64,000 nucleotides of DNA from Ophelia neglecta (lineage: Eukaryota): the NCBI GenBank assembly GCA_965285935.1, contig OZ260664.1, positions 19,468,001-19,532,000 of the forward strand, given 5' to 3'. The notes beneath the pieces were generated by a model, which was given only the letters and a program-made list of their open reading frames with translations, made no database searches and was not told the origin of the DNA. Positions 14,801-29,800 of the stretch are shown here, piece by piece. The translations under genes and the position numbers were made by a program. Position 1 is the stretch's first letter, and each line of letters opens with the position of its first letter.

Positions 14801-17800
14801 GATACATTAATCCTGCAAATCACATCTCCGCATGTGAAAATTAATGTGAAGTGAGAACGGTAATATGTCGAAAATGATAGAGAACATGACAAGGTAAATC
14901 AACAATCCATAAAATAAAAAAAGAATGCTTATAGGTCGTACTCAAACAGGATCTTTGTAACTGAGGCCATCCTCTTATCCTCTCTTCTAAATATCCTTGG
15001 CACTCCGCATTAGATAGAAACAGATGTTTACAATTTAATTTCCATAAAATTCCACTTTTAATCAACAAAAAACCTGTTCCGCGTCGCTTCAGTACTTTTT
15101 ATGGAGGTCGATTCTTCTCATATTATCTTTTCTAGTCCTCTTGGCAATATTGACCTTCAATGAAGTGGTCCTTCTGAGTTTTACATTCAATTTCACACTT
15201 CACGTGACCGGAGTACTATCCCGGTTCGGCAGTCTCGGGCAGACGAACTATCGAACCGCGAAATGAGCTAAGAGGGTATTGATAACTGAACGAATGGCTG
15301 TTTCCCCACCGACGTCTATGCCAATTTTAAATAAATGGCTTCTCGACCTTATCACTCGTCTTTCCTTATTTAGGCAGCTTAAAAAATGAGAAGATGATCC
15401 AATTGAAACACCGGCAGACTTATTTATTTAACAATTGAGTGTGCGTGTTTATCTATGTGTTTCTACTGGTGTATATGTGAATTTGCACTCCTTGGAAAGA
15501 CGGGGTCTTTCAAGCGACCGTTTTAAACTAAACAGTAAATATAGTAAAGGCAAGTATTATCAGATTGAGAGGTTCCCAACCATCCGGGCATCTTCAGCTT
15601 CTAAAAAACATATCCTTAGGGTATTGTGTGCCATGATCAAATGAGAAAGAAAGAGGAATTTTGAAGATCAATGGCTAGCTAGCCTTTATATTCGCAATAA
15701 CCTGGCCCAGCGCATCCAATTAAGACCAGAATGCTAGAAACATAAATTCTTCCTTCTGATGTTGGTTGGCTAACAGTGCCACAAACTCGCATGGTCTTTT
15801 GATTGGCTACTCCCTCGAGAATCAAATTGTAGACAGGTTGCTCTACATTATAATCCACTCCCAGTAATTTGTTTCGCGATATATACCTTCACTTTATCCA
15901 GTTAACGATAAGGTAAGAATAAAACAACAGTACCTCCTAACTAAATACTAATTAAACCAAATTTGTTCTTTAATAATTTAAATCATTTGAGCTAGCTGTT
16001 CTGATGTCATAAAAAACTACCAGTCCTATTAAGTGATAAGGCCAGATGAGAGGCAAAACATTGAATGCGGATTTGACAGTAAGACCACTTATGAGAGTTA
16101 TGACAAATCTGAATCAACCCCTATGACAGTAAGTTCCACATTTAAAAACTCCAAACTTATAGATGGCTGTGAAATGTGAGAAACCTTTTCGACAAAGGTT
16201 TGTCAATGCGTCATATGAAGTTTATACATTGTGATTAATTGATAGTGATCCATAATGATCATGTGTTAAGCTTAAGTGCTTATGGCAAACACGCAACACA
16301 ACGTGTAACAACTATACCAATTGATCGGCTGCAAATGTGTCCGTGTACAATATGTTATTGTTCTATTCTACGGGTTTAGCAGTACGGTATATGTATTGCA
16401 TAGACCACATTGTCCAGTGGTAGAAGTGCCTGTCAGTGTAGATATGTTGACATGTTGTGCTGATATTGGGGAAAAAAAAAAAAAAAAAAAAAAATAGTTT
16501 ACATTGCATTTAAAGCATGGTTCTGGATGACACTATTGTTAAGCATACGGAATAAGCATTCCTTTTAATATTCATAACATAAAAGTTTTGGTGGTAATAA
16601 GTTGTTCAAATCCTTTACAAAACAAAGTATGTTATTTCAAAATATTCATAAAACATCATTTAAGACTATTCTGCTTCATTGGTGAAGTTATAAATGTTAT
16701 CGGGTATTACGTTCCTCTACTTTCTTTGTGCAACATTAAAATGGACATCAATTCGCTGAATATTGACAGTTTTAGGCTATCCATAGTATACAGCCACAGA
16801 CAATTCCGTTAACCGTGTCATGCGTGCACGTGTTTAATATTGAGCCGACGTTTTAACGTTACAAACAGTAACAGATTGTTTAAAAATTTGTCAGGAGGAT
16901 ATATACCAAATTGGCAAGATAAGGCCTTGTTAGTGCGTGTTTCCGAGACCACCTCGCCCTGGCGTCGAATTGCAGATATGAAAGAAATGTGAGGGGGCCA
17001 TCGGCGATTGGACTTAATTAACACAAAAAAGGTATGTCCCTGCGATTGACTTTATACTCGTGTATTGTAACAAGGCTTGTACTATGCTACAATCCCTCAG
17101 TAGCTTGCAGATTTAATTATTACTAACTCCACCTTGCGCATAGAAACTTAAAGTATTCAAATGCATCAGAAGTAGTCCATGGCACAGTTAATGACACGAT
17201 GACTACGCGGCACGTTTGATCATGGGCCGACGAGAAGCATACAAATCTTGATAATGTGCCATACGGTGTAAGTTTTCCTTCTTCCACAAAATTTGCTTAG
17301 TTATGCATAGCTGAAAATACCGCTGATATACAATAGCAATTTAGTTATGTGAGGATGATATTACTATTACAGATAGTATTAAACATTCTCTTGGTTAAAT
17401 TACTTAACGCTCAACTAGTCACAATAACCGATCAACAAATTTCAGCGCTAGGCTATAGCCAGTGAAATGTGTAAAATCTTAACGTCTAGCTTTTGACGAT
17501 GAGTCAGGAGAAGTGTGTATTCTTATGAATACTTTCCTCTAACATGGTCTCACAAAGGCATATTAGCATTCCTTATTCCTAATGAACACTATATTTTCCA
17601 TGGTAACACTTTAGTTGTATAAAATATTCACATTGTACAATGTGTTCCTTCTTAAAAGTTCTTTCAGTGCACTGAGAAGAAGAAGATGGGATGATAGCAT
17701 AAAGGCACTGTGATGGTCTTATTTTAATCTGGCTAATCGTAAATCAGCAAGGTCAATTAGCATCACTACCGGGGTCAAATACTGGGTGAAAATAAAGTTT

Positions 17801-20800
17801 TGTTTCATTTACGTGTTGGTGTTCACCACCGCATACCCAGAAATGTATTCAGTAGAGATAGGGTTTGCAAGTTCTTAGTACAAATTGAGTACTGGGTATA
17901 TGGTAATCGCGGAAAAAATTATAAGCAGAAAAGAATATAAATTACCGTACTTATAGAATAATACATCACAAAGTAAAGCTGCTATCATACGATATCACGT
18001 ATCAACCATCGATTATGCTGTGGATTGGGCTACGCAAATGCTTTTTGATGAAAGACGTGTAGAAGCTGCTGTACGGAAATAGAATGTATTAGGCCAAGGA
18101 TTGTACACCCACTTATATCCAATATATCTTTTGGAAAGTTGTCACATGTTTATTGATTAAATGATATATAGGTTTTTTTCTACCTGGGAGTCCTAAACAT
18201 TTCCTGTATAATGTATTTATAAACCTATTTTCGGATAGCCCCGTTTATGCAAAACTTGATTAATACACGAAGAAACCAAAAAATACGGTAACATATGAAG
18301 ACCAATGAAAATACAGTAGTTTCATTCATATCCGGTGGTTTTATACATGACCGTAAATACAAAACGTTTAATAGTGATTTAATGTATAAAGAAATAAATT
18401 TTCTTTTTGAATATGCTATTGATGGTCCTGAACAATGGACACGTAAGCAATATCAATAAAGGGTGTATCATTAAATTGTTGAGCAAAAGTTTCTCGTCGT
18501 GCAGTAGTACCATGTACATGTTTGCTGCAATGAAAACATTGTACTAAAAGATTAGTCTTGGAATAAGATAGCCCAAGATTATACACCAAGTACCTATTCA
18601 AATATTTCGAAATATTTGGCACAATCGAATACTCTATATTAATAAATTTGACTTTTTGAGAATTGTTATTTTATTTGTCGAGTAATCTTATGACATCATA
18701 AACGACCTTTGGGTGAAAGCATTAATTGGCTATTTAGTTATTTAATGAGGGCATGGGGGAAATCAATTGGTAACAAAGTATTGCGTTGTGGGCTTGCTAT
18801 GTTCATGTCATGTATGTTATTCTACGCATATATTTGGTGAATAGAAGAGATTCCTAGTAATCCAATATCTGGTATATACCCCAGTAACGCTCGGTGCAAG
18901 GAGCAGCTATTGTATACTGCACCTTCTGAAATGTTGCGGGTCACAATCATTATTGGTTATTTGGTGAATTATGCAGTGGCAAATTGAGGCACTGGTTCGA
19001 AACCCCAATATCATTGTTTATTCATACAGGGTTGGGCCACCTGATGTCTGACTTCAAATCTTTGCCAACGACGAAGAGAATCGACATGACATATAAAAAT
19101 AATAGATGAAAACAATAACACAATGGAATAGGCTTTCTTCTTACTAGAGTCACGTCCATAGACTGAACTGAAAGGTCAAGTTCCTGTATTGCAGTTAGGA
19201 TGTATAGCTCAAAACACTGACGTCAGCCACAAATTTCTATACTCACTATGCCAAACTTACACTAAGCAAACACTTTCTTGGTTCCATATTGTTATTCCGG
19301 CTCTTAAAGATTGTATACAAGTAGGGACATGTTACTTATTCCATGTATTGGACGATGCTAATAAATGTGTCAATGCCCTAAATGTCTCTGCTTCCTCTTA
19401 TTGATTATTGCATACATCACAGTAATGATATTACGTACAGTTGCATCGATGTTCTTGGTTTGTTATGATATCGGACAAAGAAATGGACTAGTCTTGAATA
19501 ATAAGCTGCCTTTATTTGTCTGGTCTCCATTCTCGTTTTATCACAAGAAACACAAAAAAAACACTTTAAGGCAATGCTAAACATGGAGAGCTCCGAGGTC
19601 TGTATTGTGACAACATGCATAGTATGTGTAACAGGCCAGCTCGTTTTCAAGTATGTCTAAGCGGGAATCATCTTATTCTGATTCAATTTAGTAGTTGTAA
19701 GAATTACTCACCTAATAGGGATATAAATTCATTAACAGACTCATAACCATGTGGATAGTATTAATGTCAAATTTATCCATTGTTGACTGTGTTTCCTTCT
19801 CCTACTCTGGCTAAACATATATCTATATTATGTGTCCTACTGGTGTTATTCTATTCCTAGTAAAAGCAATGTTCTTTTGTTGGTGATGAAAATGAATAAT
19901 TATGCGTCCAGTCCATATATTTTTCTTCCTGCAAAGCACCTTCTAGCCAATTGGTTAAAAAGCGGGCTTTATTAGTAAACATATGACGTTAAAATGTATT
20001 TGTAAATACTACTTTAGAATACCTTGCTGGCAGTCTCCGGATAGTTGCAGTCCTATTGAAAGAGGCTCTATCAAATAGACATTGTATAAGGTCACTAACA
20101 CCAGTTAGCTCCAGTTCGAGTGGGGCTTCGGCTATGATGAACAGAGTTCAGTTCGTCTGAGGTATATTGTACGACATGTACAAACTAATGATGTGATTAC
20201 CTTTTATACGTTCCCTAATGCGTGTCAGGATACGTGTATTTTAGACACCGCCGTCACTTTAGCTACATGTGCGTGCCCAGTTGCAGCTGTAAATGTGTTA
20301 TAATGTTTGCCCATATTGCTGTGCATCTCTTGATCATCGTCTCGTTGGCAAGCTTAATTAATCCTTGCTCTGTCTTACAGCAATGCTAATATTGTTTAAT
20401 TGCCTACTTCTTTTAGTAGGACGGTATTTTTAAAAAGGAGAGTCAGTGATTTTCGATATATGGTAAATAGTGGGTCAAATTGCCTCGTTAAATGACAGCG
20501 ACGTTCGTGCCTGGCACTAGCGGTCATTGTGCGGCTCGATAATTCTATATTTTGGGAACAAATAACTCGCCAAAGGTCAATATCTCACATGCATAGCTTC
20601 AATAGGCGGTTTGCATGCAGACATACAGCCCCGTTGTGCGGCTGACCTCAGAATTTGTCCTGTGTGGAAATGACTTTCCCAAAATAATAATATTAGAACC
20701 AGTAATCTCTATTTCAAACTATAGGAACATAATCAAATCAAGTCTCTCTGTTCGAAGTGTCCATAATAAGCGTGTTAGTTGTTGTTGTTTGGGGTTTTAC

Positions 20801-23800
20801 GTGGCTTTCAACACTTATCGGTCATATCGCCACTGTGCCTACTTGTGACAGTGGGCTCAATGCCCTCTTTAGAGTGTTGCCTCACTGAAGTATCTGCCGT
20901 AGACACCAGACAGGGAACCCCACCCAGTCACATTATACTGACACCGGGTTGACCAGTCCTGATACTACCCCCGAAATACCGGGCGCCTGGCAGGGAAGCT
21001 ATCAGTACCTATTTTTACGTCATAGGTTTGACGTGATCGAGGTTCGAACCCCGATCTCCCACTTGCGGGGCGGACACCCTAACCACTCGGCCACACTTTG
21101 GTGGAATAATAATAATAATAAGCGTGTTAGAAAGAATTTTGTTCTGGGGTCATATCCAATTAAACTCTATGTGATTTGTTTTGGTTACATAATTAACAAT
21201 TATTAACAATTGCTCCATAACTCGCAAGGAAATGTAGTCAGTCGCGGAAATTGAAAATGAATTGTAACAAGTTTGAGCTATTAGTTTGTGTTTTGTCAAT
21301 CTGCGGGTCCTACTATATGGAAGCGGACTCCAAACTAGCATTAAAATCAGCATTAAAGTGCTTAATCGGTCTTACCTAAACGGGATATCTAGAAACTGGA
21401 TATGGTCTTAAATCTATCCATTTTGTCTTAAACTTACTCCTGGTCAATAATAACACCCTTAACGTGGTTTCAGCTAATAGCTAATAGGCTTATCATATCC
21501 CTAAACACAAAAGGACCAACTCAATGTTATGGCAATTTTGTAATTTGTTTTAAGCATTCTAGTTTATATTCGTCCCAATTTGTTTTGCTACAAAATAGCT
21601 CAGGGGCGTCTAACGCAGCAAATTGGAGAAAGTTAGCAACCCACCCATAAGGAAGACCGAACTAATTTGGCAGATAATTCATACAGAGGATCAATTGGTT
21701 GCCCAGTGTTCTGATATGACAGCCCCATAAACACGTCCAAGAATCTTTGGACCAATATGGAAATTACATGTTTTAATAATTGAGGTTAACCCGATGTCGT
21801 TTTTTTCTCGCATACATCAGCATGATATGACGAAAACATGACATTTCCGTTTAGCTGATTTCAGATTACTCCTTCGTTTTCTTGCCATATATATCTCATA
21901 TGTCACATCATAATGTAAACATGGGGTTTTCGTGAACAGTGATATTTAGTTATATCGTTTATATATTTGCGACACGCCATTTATGTATTGGGTCTAGACA
22001 GGGAATGATTTCTTAGGTAAGACCTGCTGTCAGCAGGAAAGTCGCTTCACGCCATATTGCCGATATAAAAAAATATCTTGCTCACTCAAATTTTGTGATT
22101 TATAGTGCACCACTCCTCTATGACTATACGATACCTGTCATAAATAATGAACCATCGTGTTTTAAGAATATTGCTGATTCTGACCCTAGCCCTATTTTTT
22201 TAAGCAATTGAGATTTTGACAGCAATTGGAGAGTATTTGAAAATCAGACTTCCAATATCGAGTTAAGGCACATATTTACTTTGTCGTCAGCGTTTTACAA
22301 CAGTCAGTGAAAGGCATATCATAGACACACAGTATGCATGGCATAATACGAACTACCAGTATCCACAGACAGTGAGTAATTGACAAGTTATATTTGAAAA
22401 CACCTGGAGGATAAAGGAGAGGTATTTTACCTTATACACACCTTTACTGGACGATGTTCACAAATAGAAGAAGAAAATGATCTTCTTATCTCTTCCCGGC
22501 ATTATGATAATGGAACAAACATTGATTATAATTATAAACTCAGTCAAGTTTATTTTTATGCAAATGACCTAGAGACGAGAGTACGATTGGTTGTCGTCTG
22601 ACTTTCCGGAGTTTTATTCAGGACAGCCTGATGTAGATGTTCCAACAGAGCTTTAACGATCTTGTCTTCAGATATCTCAGTAGCGTGTGTTCATTTGGAA
22701 CATATTGGTACAAGACTACAAGCTTTCGAAAAAAAACCATAGTCCGAAATAAAGTCTTAAAAATACTAGTATCTTGCTTTTTCTTTAGATTTATTCAATT
22801 TTAATCATAAATGAGCGTGTTTAGCTAAATCTTTTTAAGAATAAGAGCATTTTGTGAATTCAGGGAAGTATATATAACGCACATGAAACGCATATGAAAC
22901 GCACATGTTTCAACTTTGTATAAAAATCTATATTTGTACGAATGCGGCATATCATTACGCACTCTTGATTGAGGTTTTGAAGTAGGAGCCCGTCCATGAA
23001 GGTAATGTTGCCAGAAACGAGCATTCTTTTATGCACTTGCTCGATCACCACTGCTTAGGAACTCAGCACCGTATAGCATCATGAAGCAAATTGTGCTTCA
23101 TAAGGCTACACCAGAAATAATGTTATGTTGTCACACAACGAAAAGTTGTAACTGTGCGTCCATATGGTAAGGGTGGCACTATCTCAAAAGACAAGTACAC
23201 GTCTCTTATTGATTCTAAACCTATGAACTCTCTATCGCGCTCTCTGTGACTGTTTCTGTCAATGTATATTAGTAGTATGAAGGATAATGGAGAGCCCTAG
23301 GGAAACATTCACCACTCTTTCATACATCTATAAATGGGCCAATACCAGTAGTTGTAACAGACGTGTTAGGTTGACTTTAATACCCAAACATTATTTGTGT
23401 GACATAGATGTTTTATTGGCCTTCTGTGGCACATAGCTTCATTGGTCTGCATGCTTCAAAACCTGATACAAAATACGAGATATGCGAAGAAAAACAAGGT
23501 ATGAGGTTTTTTTGAAATGACATTTTTATCATATTTGTGTTTCAAGTATTACTTTAGTATCTGGTATAAGGTTTTGCATTATGCCCCCCCCCCCAGCATA
23601 TTTTCGACTCGATGCTTTTATTATCGATCATTAGAAAGCTACCTACTATGACACAGGAAAAAAATTAATGGCAAGTTAATGTTTAATGGTTTTTCATAAA
23701 GTTTCCTTTCTTAATACAGAGCAGTGACATTGCCTTTCTAAATATCGTAATACTGAATTAAACAAAAACAACACATGTCCTTTTGCAATTAAACACGAGC

Positions 23801-26800
23801 GTTTATGAACTTAATGCAGCCCTGAAGTGCCACTTCACAGACATCTTAGAGCTGACAATGAAAAATGTCTTGTGTTTTCTTTTGCAGTTTGACATGTAAT
23901 TAAACACAAACACGGAAAAATTGACAAAGTTTCCTTCAAAGAACGACACCTCTGGAATCCAATGCCTGTCGATTTCGGTATTTGCTGCGATAACTGACAC
24001 CTCCAGGTGTCAATGACGGATATCTATATACTAAGTCAATACAAAGGGGCGAGATGCCCTTGTGAACATCTAACCGTGACCTACACGCATTTAGAAAGAT
24101 TCGATAAGTCGAATTTAAAGGACGTGTCACTGCTGAATAAATGATACTTATTGCGATAAGTGTGTTACCTGAGGTATGCTGAGCAGCATTGATAGAGCAA
24201 TAATCTATAATATCCGTCATTTTATAACTCAACCCTTACCCAAACATCTCCATTTTGTTTTTGATACAAGGGGGGAAGGTTAACACAAAGCCCATACTGA
24301 TAAATGACATTTTATGGCACTGTAGGAAGATGCCAAACTATATATCCTAAGCGTCATTTATTTTCCATACAAGCGGACTGGGTCTCCCTTCCGCCGCAAC
24401 GCCGTTTCCAGTTTATATTATAAAGGTAATGTAGACTATTTTCGGTAAATAGAAGACGTAAAAGGGAAAGGAAAGCACATAAACAGTCACAAAGTTCGAT
24501 CCAACGAGGGTAGATTTAAAACAAATATGCAAGGCGGGCGCAAGCTAAAACCGGAGTTGACACCAGGCAGACAATGCAAATCATGAACTAAAGCTTATCA
24601 ATCATATCGGCACAAAATCATCTGGATTCACAGCTTTAAGGACCCTAATATTAAGCGTAGGTGTAACAGATATATAAACCGAAATAAACAATTTTACTAC
24701 TTAAAATAAGAAGTTATCAGTTCTTTCGCCAACATGGAAGTCACATTACTGAATAAATCAGTCAGTCTTCAACGTTTGGCGAAGTATTTTTATTATTTAT
24801 ATTTTTTTAGAAGACAAATGATCCAATGAAATAGGTGTACATGCATATCAGTCCATATATATACGGTAAAATTCCAACATCCCAGCCCTCTTCCCTGTTG
24901 AAACAACAAGTATAAACGCTTAAATTATATTTAGAATAAATGGGAGTGAAACCCGGCAGGGGTCATCTGTGTCACACAATTGACATCATAGTTTATGAAT
25001 AATCATATTATTTTTTCGGTATCTGTGGCATTTTGGTGCACATTTCGGCACAGTCAATAAAAACGAGATAGGATACACTCGGAAATAAAAGCCAAATCAC
25101 CAGTCGAGATAAGTCCATTAAAATCGGTCCGAAATCATCAGGCATTAGCAGCCACAGCCTCTCACACTTCAAAGCATCAGTCTCCAGCTCCAAACCAGTA
25201 AATAAATTTGGAATGCAAATGATAGTAAATTATAACATAAATTTAGATCAACATTGGTCGCCAGTTTTCCATGATGCTGGTCAGAAAACAAAAGAAATGA
25301 GTCGGTGGTCAACGTAGAACACAGATGACATATGTTCTCGGAGAGTCTATTGTGGTTTCAAAAAAATGGTCTGGCCCTGTCGATCTCGGGGAACGACTTG
25401 CAGCCGGGTCCAGTACAGGACTATTCTTTTTATCTCCCACAGCGCCGACAGCGCCGAGCCAGAAGCCGGGACGATAAATACAAGACAAGAGAATGAACAT
25501 AAAAGGTCCTTGTTTATTTAATCTCATCGCCTGTGCAGAAAGATTTTAACTATTCATAGTGAACAAGTCACGCCTTTATTGTGACTGAACTCGTATATCT
25601 GCTGCATACGATCTGTATGAAGCAGATGCACATGACCCAACCTTTAGGATGAGCGGAATAGATCATTCAATGGCGTTCAGTCCTTCTTTGCGTAGGTGTT
25701 AAAACAATGCCGACTAGAAACTAAACATGAGCAGTCTAAGGGAGAGACATCGATCATAATTTACCTGTCCTCGAGTCTGATGTAATCCTTAATTGGATTC
25801 TACAGGCCCCCGATGTGAGGGTTATAATTAGATAAATCGGGGGGAAATGTTTGATGAATTTGAAAAATTCCATCTAAACCTGCAGGTTCCGTATCTTTGG
25901 GTCAGTAATTTTGACACTAGGGCTACTAGTCTCTCGTTCAATCAAGCAGAAAAGCACCAGCTCTTACAAATGCAACAAATGAAGAAGTATACGCCCTTTT
26001 TGCTGGGGAGATAGGAATACTTCTATTGAGGGAAAGGAATTATTGAAAATCGAAATCATCTCTTTTGTCATAAAGAAGTGAACTTAAAATGATATTTTGG
26101 GCTTTAAGTACAAATTTTAGCCAAAAAGGAACAAGTATTTGGGCTGTCATTGGTATCTTTAATTTCTAATAAAGGTGGATAAATTTCACTAACATTTTTC
26201 GGAAGTATCTGATATTTAAGGATTATAACTCATCCAATGTATCTTGAAAAAGAAAATTTGTGTTGGAGGAGGATCTATCGTTTGCACGTCGTCAAATTTC
26301 TATCGAATTATTATCAATTTGATATCGGCTGCAGCTATTAGGAAGCACTAGCTTAACAATCCAATGTAGCTCATTCCTTATAGTTTGGCGCTGCATCGCT
26401 GATGTCAATTCATCTTTGCACTCAGGTGGGTAGGGTCGATTGCGACGCCATGCTAGCATGAGTTGCCTTGGTACAGCAAATGAATATATTGATATTCGTT
26501 ATTCAGGCACTACACCGAACAATTAGGTCACCGAGATAGCAACTATACAGAGAGCAGCGCACGGTGACATCTGACGGAATGTAGCCTATATATGTATAAA
26601 ACGAGCCTATTTTCCTTTAGTCCATTTAACTAAACGATTTCTTTTCACGCCGGAAATCAGGATGAAAACTTGCCAAGCAACCTCGAAACAAAAGAATACA
26701 CGTGGTCGTCCTGTCAATATTCTGATATAGTAAATTATTTTTAAAAAAAGAGTAAATCTCTCCACCCGGCATAGAAAACCTTTTTCAGATTTACCATTGC

Positions 26801-29800
26801 TAGATTTTAATGAAATAGTTTGACGTATCAGTATAATTTATTATAAACTAATATTCTCTATATATTTGACACCATTTATCGCCACCCATTAACATTCCGC
26901 AATGCAATACTTATTTAGGTTATTCCTAGGAGAGGTTGCTCTTAAAAAGCAGCGTATCTTCTACAGAAATTAGTAAGATTTTAGAGGTGTATTTCACACA
27001 GACTTAACGCCGGTCCACGAATGTTTGAGAAAATTACTGGCCATACTATCCTATATATTTAGTTGCTACAATTCCTTATGTTTAGAACATATTGAATGTC
27101 AAAAATATTGTCGTATAGCTTATTATAATCATGACGCATTTCCTATGAAGCATGGTTCAAGTTTTCCCAAACAGAACAACCAGTAACGAAAGTTTAATGT
27201 GACAAGTCATCAACTAAAGAGACAGCAGGGATGGCATAATGTGCATCTTTATTGGTTATAAATAATGAAAAACACACGCATGTACATGATCATCATCTTA
27301 ATGGTGAGTAGCTAGACAGTATACGGACTAGAACTGCCAATTTTTAAACGTTGAAAAAAGTTACTGTGGCCCATATCTCCCGCCTATTTATTGATTGCAT
27401 CCTGCCTGTTAATCCAATACTTCGCTAACTGTATCCATGTGTTAGTACTATATCTATGAACAGCAAGTATAGGTTGTCTTTCATCAGGTACGTCTATCTG
27501 GCCTATATTTCTATTTGCGTATGTGTCATAACAAAACGATCCAGTCCCTTACAGGATTTTTCTTCCATCATCACTCATCTTGTCAATCAGGCGCATGGCA
27601 GTGGATAAAAGCATGCTCCATGATTTCGAATCATTGCTTCCTAGACACTTGTTATGTGCAAATGTATCTAATATAAGTAATGGATTTGGCGTTTACATAT
27701 GCTCCCTTGCCACAGAGTGTTTGATTTATTTTTAAAATCACGAATTCATAAAAAGAAATGGACGACACATTAGGTTTTTCTATCTGTAACATATTTTCTG
27801 TCTATATTTGCATTGAAATATGCATAGACGAGAAATAATAATAGAATGTATGCGTGATCAGTCATCAAACCCGAGCTGTTTACTTATGTGTTCCTGACAA
27901 CGTTAAGACGTTGACCCAAACAAACATTGCCGCAGTTAGAATTGATCGCCATCTTTGACGTCGGTGACACACATGCTGACACTAATCATTTTGGAAGCTG
28001 TATTGCTCACATAGATACTTAGATAGCTAAAAATCGTTGAAAGAACGTTTCAAAGCTCCAATCGTGAAAAAAAGAGAAAGAGTAAACACATGTTATCTCT
28101 AAGATGAATTCATTCTCTTGTTGTATGACACTATGAAGCATGGCAGGATATAATAAACAATGGCTCAGTCGGTAATGGAAATCTACTAAAAGACATCTAC
28201 TTAACAGGGTCACGATGGACACCACGTGATACTTCATAACAACATCAACGCGGGGCTTTATATTCTAAGGGCAAGAACTAGCAGTATATTTGCTTAGCTT
28301 TTCTCAGTAATAAATAAGTTACCTAATTTTCAATCTCGAGGTATTGCCCCATGGATTGCTGTAGCTAAATGTGTTAATGGAACGGCTTTGAACTAATGTG
28401 TTGGTACCAACAACAAACCCGGAAGTGAATACTCGGGTGATAAAGTTAAATTATCCAGCGAGAATGGTCCATAAAATCTAGCCGAGCCACCAGAAACAGG
28501 TCAACATACATCACCACTTCCAAATAAAGCATTTTACTTTAAACCCTTTTTTCCGATAAAATGTCCTTTTTGTTTCCAATAGACCAAGAACGGACACGAG
28601 AAACAGTTCAGTATGGTATAAAACTTGGTCAATTTTGTATGAAATAAAGCATTGAGAAAAGAGCCTCCAATGCCCATCCTGATTTTTTCATAAACTTGTC
28701 CATGATATTACGGCCTTTCGTCAATTACACATAGCTGTTTTTGAAAACAAGACCACACGGGCAAGAACTTTATCCTGACATATCATGATATTATATATAT
28801 TTTAGATGTAAACTTCTTAAAAACCTTCTAGTTCCCCTCGTCTGATGAAAGCACCTGCCACTTCTTGAATGAATCATTATTTACGTTGGCATGCTTGAAG
28901 GATAAGTATAATCTTCTTTTATACATTACATTTAGGATTTGTCAGGTGATTCGATATCAACTGAGGATATCTAAAAGGATTTACCACTGTCATGATACTA
29001 CTAAAAATGCAATGGATAAATATGCATGGCTTACTTCGATAGCTACTTTAAAATTGATTCCAATAATTAATTCTGAAATAACATGTTATCGGGTTCAAAC
29101 AAATAACCGTAAAAGACGTGGGTGTAAAATACAAGCTTTGTTAAACCCTAATATTGTTTAACTAATGAAAACATTCTCAATTCTAAAATTATTAGAACCA
29201 AATTGTAACCAAATAGATTGACACAAATGGTGGTCATATTGTAAGAGACGAATGCGCGGAGTTGGATTGAAGGTAGCGACCTTCTGGTGATTTTATTAAT
29301 AGGCTAATGTTCAATTGTAATTAAACCAAGCTTAATACATCTCAAGCTTCAAAACTAAAATGCATATTTGCTCCGTAAAATCCACATATCACATGTACCA
29401 CATGATAATTGGCTTTGTCGTGTCAATGATGTCTGCTTCTGAAGACTCTTGATTGATTCGTGTTTGTCTGCCGACTATCAGCTCCGATAATTTTTCAGTG
29501 TAACTGGCTCCTGCGTGCCGCCTGCTTTTGATGACGATCGACTGTTCCACTGCTCATCCTCAATACGCCTTTCGGCACACTTAGTTCATTCTAAGCCAAT
29601 CCAATGGAATGACATACAAGTCCGAAATTGAAGCCTGGCAAACTACATTACCTTGATTGATCAACAATATAGTGCCATGTCTTATGTTGTTGGGTTTTTT
29701 CGTCGTTTCGTTGTATTAATTATATAGTGTGGGGTTACCTTCATCATGTTGTATCTTCACAACCTTCTAGTACAAGCCAGCCTACAACTCTTCTACCTCT

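Noticed and set aside
18940-19100. Isolated B-box-like GGTTCGAAACC
   Set aside because: No clear A box, tail or TSD; at most a decayed SINE head.
21020-21104. tRNA gene
   Set aside because: A and B boxes are the head of a SINE with body, tail and TSD; no complete acceptor stem.
25120-25150. CUGAUGA on the minus strand of several family A copies as a hammerhead ribozyme core or snoRNA C box
   Set aside because: No stem II followed by GAAA, and no convincing D box or terminal stem.
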